Below are positions 24,783 to 29,759 of a stretch of DNA of 29,759 bases, piece by piece. Source of the stretch: an uncultured Lachnospiraceae bacterium (lineage in GTDB: Bacteria > Bacillota > Clostridia > Lachnospirales > Lachnospiraceae); the NCBI GenBank assembly GCA_902793045.1, contig CADBBS010000003.1, positions 1-29,759 of the forward strand, written 5' to 3'. The translations under genes were made by a program, and so were the position numbers. The first letter of the stretch is position 1. Each line of letters begins with the position of its first letter. The notes under the pieces were generated by a model. The model had not been told where the DNA came from. It saw only the letters and a list, made by a program, of their open reading frames with translations, and made no database searches.

Positions 24783-25634
24783 TTATTGGTTTTTCTGTTT
24801 CCAGTACCACCGTCTTTCAGCCTCCGCAAATCTCAGTGCCTTTAATACTTTTTCTCTTTCTTCCTCGGTTTCACAATTAGCTAGTTTATCCTGCCTTTTC
24901 TTAGCATAGGTATCAGATAATCTATTTAATCTAGTGCCATAGGTTAGATTATACTCAGAGCTACACCATTCAAGATTATCAGCTCTATTATTACTTGGGT
25001 CTTCGTCTTTATGGTTCACTTGGTCATACTCTTTCGGGTTAGGATTGAAGATAAATGCCTCAGCTACCAGTCTATGAACAAGATAGAAATTATACTCACC
25101 ATCTTTGCACAGACTAATATGACGGTAATTCCTTGTTGGTTGGTCTTTCAGTATTCTTCCAGTCATTACATTCCTCACTCTTCCTTGGTCACTTACTTGA
25201 TATAACCCTTCATAACCCTCTATATCTTTCCAACTTTCACCTTCCTCGGTCGGTAATCCAAACGCTTCTATCTTTAGTTTGTTTGGTCTTACGTTCTCAC
25301 CCTCTAGGAAATGTGCAGTCTCAATATTGTACACTCTTCCAAGGTTAGATACTTTTATATTTTCATCTTTCGTATCTTTCCAAATCTCACCTTTCTCAGT
25401 AGGAATACCAAAGTGCTCATAAACTAACTGACCAATAGTACCGCGTTTTACCCTAACACCATCCTTATAGAAATCAATTCTGCTACCTCTATTTTCAGGT
25501 CTCAGGTATTTATAAGAGATTTTTCCCTTCTTATCTACTTTTACCCTGCGTACTCTTCCTTGGTCACTAATCTCATACAGACCATCTAGACCATTAACCT
25601 CAGTCCACATCTCAAAATCATTATAATTTTTCAT
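24783..25634 (-). CDS. HNH homing endonuclease with three NUMOD4-like modules
   Basis: 283 aa. The modules are EMWTEVNGLDGLYEISDQGRVRRV, EIWKDTKDENIKVSNLGRVYNI and ESWKDIEGYEGLYQVSDQGRVRNV, joined by (H/A)FG(I/L)PTE(K/E)GE linkers. HNH core is LVHRLVAEAF...VNHKDEDPSNNRADNLEW. Confidence 0.85.
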   Translation of the reverse strand: MKNYNDFEMWTEVNGLDGLYEISDQGRVRRVKVDKKGKISYKYLRPENRGSRIDFYKDGVRVKRGTIGQLVYEHFGIPTEKGEIWKDTKDENIKVSNLGRVYNIETAHFLEGENVRPNKLKIEAFGLPTEEGESWKDIEGYEGLYQVSDQGRVRNVMTGRILKDQPTRNYRHISLCKDGEYNFYLVHRLVAEAFIFNPNPKEYDQVNHKDEDPSNNRADNLEWCSSEYNLTYGTRLNRLSDTYAKKRQDKLANCETEEEREKVLKALRFAEAERRWYWKQKNQ

Positions 25635-25638
25635 AACA

Positions 25639-26280
25639 TTATCCTTTCTTATTACGTTGTTCTAGAATCTTCTCTCGATTCTTGGCATAGTAAGACCGCA
25701 TATATTCATTCCATTCTTCACGGTTCTCTTTTTGCCATCTTCTCTTATACTCCAATACCTCCTCTTTATGTTCTTGGTGGTATTGTTTACTGTAGGCTAG
25801 ATGATAGTCTCTGTTTCTTTCATAACTAGCTCTCTGTAATTCACGTTCTCTTTCTTTTCTTAACTTCTCTACAGTCTCTTCATCAGATGTACCATAGAGA
25901 TTTTCCATTCTAGTCTTTGTACAGCGTTCAACTCTAGTTCCATAGTTGTTATTATATGCAGCTGTACACCATTCGAGGTCTTTAACGTGATTTGTGTCCC
26001 TCTGTTCTGTTTTATGATTTACACAGGGTTTATTAAAGGCATTAGGTATAAAGGCTTCTGCTACCAATCTGTGTACATGGAATATTGTTTTAATTCCATC
26101 CTTGTACAGATTGACACTTGGATAGCCTTTACGTTTCCATGCCTTTAATACCTTCCCTGACATAAAACTTCTCACCTCGCCATGACTAGATACTTGATAT
26201 AGTCCCTCATAGCCTTTAATATCTGCCCAAAGTTCTATATCAAATACCCTAGTCAAGATGTATAGAATTAACTTTTTCAT
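25639..26280 (-). CDS. HNH homing endonuclease (NUMOD4 + HNH_3) with basic helical tail
   Basis: 213 aa. ELWADIKGYEGLYQVSSHGEVRS, VHRLVAEAFIPN...VNHKTEQRDTNHVKDLEW, and a K/R/E/Y-rich C-terminus. Confidence 0.85.
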   Translation of the reverse strand: MKKLILYILTRVFDIELWADIKGYEGLYQVSSHGEVRSFMSGKVLKAWKRKGYPSVNLYKDGIKTIFHVHRLVAEAFIPNAFNKPCVNHKTEQRDTNHVKDLEWCTAAYNNNYGTRVERCTKTRMENLYGTSDEETVEKLRKERERELQRASYERNRDYHLAYSKQYHQEHKEEVLEYKRRWQKENREEWNEYMRSYYAKNREKILEQRNKKG

Positions 26281-27071
26281 TACGCGCTCAGATTTCCGTA
26301 TTTCTTCAAAGCCTTCTTAGTCTCATATCTAGCTTTATCATAAGCGCGTCTCTTTTCTTTGAGTGCTTCTAGTTCCTCTGCACTCATATTTTCCTTACGC
26401 GCTTTGGCATTAGCTAGTATTTCTTCTCTGTGCTCTTGATAATATTCCTTGTTTAGTTTGTTTTTATAATCAGGCTCTTGTTTTGCTTTTTCTTTAGCTA
26501 GTTTCTCTGCTGCTAAAGCTTTCAGTCTAGCCTCTTCCTCTAAACGTCTTTCTACCTCTGAGTTAATTTTCTCAATCGCTGCTTTCTTTGCCTCAATTAA
26601 ATCATCTACTTGTTCAGCATAGTTAATCTTCTTCAAAGTCAGCCCATCAATCTCTTTTTGTAGTTTATCACGCTCTTCTTTTAGTTCAGAATCCAAAGCT
26701 CTTGTAATTTCCTTTCTCTCCTTTGCAGTACCGTAGTTCAAGTTAGCGGTCATAGTAGTCCATTCAAGGTTGTTTGCATGGTTGTTCAAAGGATTTTCGT
26801 CTAGGTGATTGCAGACATTATACAGCTTTGGGTTAGTGTTAGGTACAAATGCTTTAGCGACTAGGCGATGAACGTATAGCTTAGCCCTTTTACCGCCTTT
26901 CATAAAATCTACTTTCAGATAGCCATTACCATTACTGTACTGCTTCATTAGTTTTCCATTCTTAACCTTGCGGATTCTACCAAAGGAACTTACCTCATAC
27001 AGTCCTTCAAAACCTGCTTCTTCTACTGCTGCCCACATCTCTACATCAGGGTTTACAATCATATTCTTCAT
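26280..27071 (-). CDS. HNH homing endonuclease (NUMOD4 + HNH_3) with long coiled-coil tail
   Basis: 263 aa. EMWAAVEEAGFEGLYEVSSFGRIRKV, VHRLVAKAFVPN...CNHLDENPLNNHANNLEW, and a C-terminal coiled coil. Its stop shares 1 nt with the next gene's start. Confidence 0.85.
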   Translation of the reverse strand: MKNMIVNPDVEMWAAVEEAGFEGLYEVSSFGRIRKVKNGKLMKQYSNGNGYLKVDFMKGGKRAKLYVHRLVAKAFVPNTNPKLYNVCNHLDENPLNNHANNLEWTTMTANLNYGTAKERKEITRALDSELKEERDKLQKEIDGLTLKKINYAEQVDDLIEAKKAAIEKINSEVERRLEEEARLKALAAEKLAKEKAKQEPDYKNKLNKEYYQEHREEILANAKARKENMSAEELEALKEKRRAYDKARYETKKALKKYGNLSA

Positions 27072-27153
27072 AACATTAGATTGGCTTCACCTATACAGCT
27101 CTAGGTTTTTAGGTCTCATCCACTGCTTTCTTCCACTAGCGGACAAGACAAGT

Positions 27154-27742
27154 TATTTCTCTATCACATATCAGGGTTTGGGTCTGTTCTATCGGAGTTT
27201 TGTTCATTTCAGAAACAGACCCTTCCTCTTTCATCAGTAAGGGTTTGAGTTGGTAGGATTGGAGTTTTGTTCGTTTCAGAATCAATAAATAAAATACTTC
27301 TTCCTCTTTCATGTATTAGGCTTTGACCTGCCCTCGACCTCCCTTTTGTCGATTTCAGAAAATACCTCTTCCCTTTACACATATCAGGCTTTGACCCCCT
27401 TCTCATCGGAGTTTTGTTCATTTCACGATAAGGATAGGCAGAGGCAGGGGAAAGTGAGTAGTTCTTCCCTCTTACATCTATTAGGCTTTCAAGTCCTACC
27501 AACCTCCCTTTTGTTCATTTCAGAAAGGGGGTAGTTCTTCTCTCTTTCAAATATCAGGGTTTGACCTCCTTCCTAGCAGAGTTTTGTTCGTTTCAGAGAA
27601 GGGTATATATCTTCCTCTTTCGCCTATAAGGAAGTCAGCCCTTTCTATCGGAGTTTTGTTCATTTCAGAAAAAGCCTAATCCTTTCCCTTTCATGTATCA
27701 GGCTTTGAGGTGCTTTGGAATGGAGTTTTGTTCGTTTCAGAA
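27154..27742. repeat. Eight-unit bipartite tandem array (period 67-97 bp), non-coding
   Basis: Block 2 is GGAGTTTTGTTCRTTTCAGA, with the TTTTG anchor at 27198, 27265, 27344, 27412, 27509, 27582, 27654 and 27726. Block 1 is approximately TTCYTCCCTCTTTCAYRTATCAGGSTTTGA. Variable segments lie between the blocks. Confidence 0.9.
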
Positions 27743-27774
27743 TAGCTATTGAGGCTTGGGTATAGATATAGAAA

Positions 27775-27865
27775 AGGGGCTATGAGGGGAGGGCTGTAGA
27801 ATAAGGGAGAGGCTAGGAAGAAAGATAAGCCTCTAGAAACCCCTCAGCCCTAGAATTAAGCCCCT
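27775..27865. other. 91-nt nested three-helix hairpin
   Basis: P1 AGGGGCT 27775-27781 / AGCCCCT 27859-27865. P2 AGGGCTG 27790-27796 / CAGCCCT 27845-27851. P3 AGAGGCT 27808-27814 / AGCCTCT 27828-27834. All three are perfect 7-bp stems and are properly nested. Confidence 0.7.
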
Positions 27866-27872
27866 GTAAAGA

Positions 27873-27919
27873 TAGCCCTTAAATTCCCTTTTTCTGTCTC
27901 TATCTCAAAAACAGGGCTA
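27873..27919. other. Hairpin built on the TAGCCCT/AGGGCTA word
   Basis: TAGCCCT 27873-27879 / AGGGCTA 27913-27919. The interior has a T5 run and an A5 run that could extend the pairing. Confidence 0.55.
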
Positions 27920-27950
27920 AAACAGGCGAAAATAACTTATATAAACAACA

Positions 27951-27998
27951 AAAACCCCCTTCTCGCTGCATTGGGAAGAGGGTAATTTAAGGGGTTTT
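27951..27998. terminator. Bidirectional terminator-like hairpin
   Basis: AAAACCCC 27951-27958 / GGGGTTTT 27991-27998. T-runs follow the stem in both readings: plus TTTTAGGCTGTTTTTT, minus TTTTTGTTGTTTAT. Confidence 0.5.
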
Positions 27999-28101
27999 AG
28001 GCTGTTTTTTATTTGCAAGGGGGTAGTCTTGGGAAAAGTATATATTATGGTTTAGGTCTATTATAATCATCGCGCCTTATATTTCAAAGCCTTATCATTC
28101 C

Positions 28102-28143
28102 AAGCCCTCTCTACTTATGCCAAAGGCGAGAGTGTTAGGGCTT
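28102..28143. other. Hairpin built on AAGCCC/GGGCTT
   Basis: AAGCCC 28102-28107 / GGGCTT 28138-28143, plus TCTC 28108-28111 / GAGA 28128-28131, with a 6-nt bulge. Confidence 0.45.
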
Positions 28144-28168
28144 ATTATCTCAGGCTTTAGAGTTTTGG

Positions 28169-28289
28169 CGCGCTAGGGTATATCTTAGTATTTATCTTAT
28201 TATTAGAGAGAAATAAAGAGATTACTATAAAGATAATAATTACACTACAGAGACATCAATATTTACAGAAAGCGGACACTATCACGCAC
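28169..28289 (+). repeat. Copy 3 of the ~121-bp three-copy element
   Basis: CGCGCTAGGGTATATC, then an AT-rich core with GTATTTATCTTATTAT, then ACATCAATATTTACAGAAAGCGGACACTATCACGCAC. Confidence 0.8.
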
Positions 28290-28361
28290 CTAGGAAAAAC
28301 AAGGGCTGAGAGAGCATAGATTAGGTCTAGGCTTTTGGCACTTATCCATAAAAAGCCCACA

Positions 28362-28393
28362 GAAAAACCTAGCCCTTGATGACTTTGGGCTAG
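28362..28393 (-). terminator. Intrinsic terminator candidate after the transposase gene
   Basis: CTAGCCC 28369-28375 / GGGCTAG 28387-28393: a perfect 7-bp stem with an 11-nt loop. On the minus strand it is followed by GTTTTTCTG. Confidence 0.6.
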
Positions 28394-28425
28394 TAGGATT
28401 AAGGGCTTTGTGTTTTTCAGTGCCT

Positions 28426-29709
28426 TTATTTATAATCCTTGCTGTAGTATTTCTTATGACCGTCTTCTATACTCTCTGCAAATCCACTACTCATAATCAG
28501 TTCTATCTCATCAGGGGCTAAACTATTTTTCGCCCTCTTAATCTCAAAGCCAGCTTCGCAAGAGCTAAAAAAGCTCTTATTTTCGGGTACGCTTTCTCTT
28601 ATCAGGGCGAGAGTAACCCTAGCCCCTTTCATTTTCTCTATAGCTCTTCCTAGTCTATCCTCAGTGCTCATATCTCTAGTGTTAAACCGGAAGCACCACT
28701 CATTAAGGTATAGTTGGTGGTATTTGCAGTGGGTTATTCTAGAGCCAAACCCTCTTTTCAACCAACTAAACCTATTTTCAATCCTATTACTGGAAACTTG
28801 GGCATGTAGGGTCTCAGAGTGTGCTATATAGTGATTGTTATGGTGGTTGTTTGTTACTAATGGACTACCTATTTCCTTAGTCCATCCATCATACAACCTA
28901 CTTTCATCACTAACCGCTAAACACTCTCCCTTTACATGCCCTTTATATATCTCTCTTATGTACTCTTTTCTGATAGGGTTTGGTGTAGCATATAATACAG
29001 CCTTACCTTTATCAGTCATACCAAACACAGGGGCTTTGAGGCTAGAGTTTAAGGCATATATATCAGACTTTTCATATAGACGCTGACCTCTTTTCTTAGC
29101 GTCTTCTATACTAAAGTCTGTGATAAAATGCCTTTCCTTTAACAGCCTCAGTTTCCTAGAGTAGTGATAATTGGTAAGACATCCACCCAAGTAAGCCTCA
29201 TCCATACTTATCCAGTCCTCACTATCATTTCCAAGCACTATGTCACTTTCGTCTAAGGCATAACGCAACTTAGATAACATTAACCAAGCTGACTTTTGGT
29301 TAATCCCTAGTTTAGTTGCAAGTTCTATAGACGAGATATAATTAGTGCTTAGAATCTCATACAAGCCTAACATCCATACCTGTACACTAAGCTTACTACC
29401 GTGCAATAAGGTTCTAGTCTTATCATTAAACCTATTCTTACAGCTATTACACTTATACTTGTACTCATTACCTATCTGAGTAACATGTATAGAACCACAA
29501 TAAGGACAAACCACTATGCCTAGAGCCCACCTATACCTATGAAAGATGTGCTCAGCGTCTTTAGTTACTTCCAAGACGCTAAGTTTCCTTCTTTCATTCC
29601 TCCATTTGGGCTCTATATTGCGACCGAACGAAGTGAGGGAGCTCTCTATTTGTAGGGCTTGTTCCACTACCTTTGAAATTTTGTGCAAAGGTAAGGAAAA
29701 TTTCATCAA
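28426..29709 (-). mobile_element. IS1595-family (ISXO2-like DDE) transposase gene; element ends not defined
   Basis: 427 aa. N-terminal zinc ribbon CPYCGS...YKCNSCKNRF followed by an HTH-like segment (ISSIELATKLGINQKSAWLMLSKLR). DDE-type motifs MDEAYLGG, AVSDESRLY and NRIENRFSWLKR, plus YLNEWCFRFN. The C-terminus looks longer than I would expect for this family. Confidence 0.8.
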
Positions 29710-29759
29710 CCTCCAAATATTTAGTCACCAAAATTCGGGGTTTCGTCACATTTTTTAAG

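Noticed and set aside
24380-24909. Plus-strand ORFs 24380..24580 (66 aa) and 24724..24909 (61 aa)
   Set aside because: The first has a non-ATG start, an S/T/L-rich translation and no motif, and it lies in a hairpin-rich spacer. The second is antisense to the 3' end of the HNH gene. Both are considered spurious. A plus-strand non-coding transcript is still possible and is covered in the findings.
27209-27534. ORFs 27209..27502 (minus, 97 aa) and 27346..27534 (plus, 62 aa) running through the tandem array
   Set aside because: The repeat periods (67-97 bp) are not multiples of three, so successive units are read in different frames. The ATG inside block 2 is ACG or absent in 4 of 8 units. The translation is repeat-driven low complexity (EMNKTP / SETNKTP). 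The region is treated as non-coding.
27154-27742. CRISPR array or tRNA gene cluster as an explanation for the ~72-bp periodic array
   Set aside because: It is not CRISPR-like. The conserved parts are two separate blocks of about 26 and 21 nt. The variable parts are only 5-18 nt (one is ~35 nt) and pair with each other. No cas gene is present. It is not tRNA-like either. There is no acceptor or T-arm pattern, since GTTCATTTC lacks the conserved T-loop A58 context. The same sequence is repeated in every unit instead of differing arms and anticodons.
769-29758. All plus-strand ORFs in the track: 769..960, 1238..1498, 1880..2236, 3946..4173, 5854..6144, 7833..8099, 8809..9048, 11203..11397, 14937..15326, 15446..15652, 17676..18005, 18589..18795, 21562..21855, 25011..25205, 25133..25348, 26968..27240, 28835..29086 and 29546..29758
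   Set aside because: Each lies antisense inside a longer minus-strand ORF with recognisable protein motifs. Their translations are low-complexity S/L/F/I-rich strings, typical of shadow frames of AT-rich genes. None has a recognisable motif or start context.
1-29759. Terminal redundancy or circular closure of the window
   Set aside because: The last 50 nt and the first 50 nt share no direct repeat. There is only a weak 4+4-bp complementarity (GGTTTCGTCAC against GTGAAACC). Circularity therefore cannot be inferred from the sequence and is used only as a stated assumption in one finding.

Overview
Low-GC, gene-dense window in which every convincing ORF lies on the minus strand. The plus-strand ORFs in the track look like shadow frames. 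The content is that of a small tailed dsDNA phage, possibly near complete. It has small and large terminase, portal, an XkdF-like prohead protease, an acidic coiled-coil scaffold and a major capsid protein. It also has connector and neck proteins, a tape-measure-like protein, a 1076-aa tail protein and mosaic tail fibres. Further genes are a holin candidate, a DUF5675-type cell-wall enzyme candidate, an AEP-like primase or replication protein, and a block of small early-type ORFs. Three things sit on top of this backbone. (1) There are six free-standing homing endonuclease genes, 4 NUMOD4-HNH and 2 GIY-YIG, totalling 4014 bp or about 13.5% of the window; three HNH genes lie head to tail. (2) There is an IS1595-family DDE transposase gene. 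(3) Most unusual is a 1.35-kb ORF-free region (27072-28425). It holds an 8-unit bipartite tandem array in which variable segments form unit-specific stems around a conserved loop. It also holds a field of hairpins built from GGGCT/AGCCC words, and one copy of a ~121-bp element that occurs three times in the window. Two adjacent small ORFs (21005-21864) resemble sigma-70 region 2 and region 4 and may be a two-part sigma factor. Host, taxonomy and all family assignments come from motif recognition by eye. No database search was possible.
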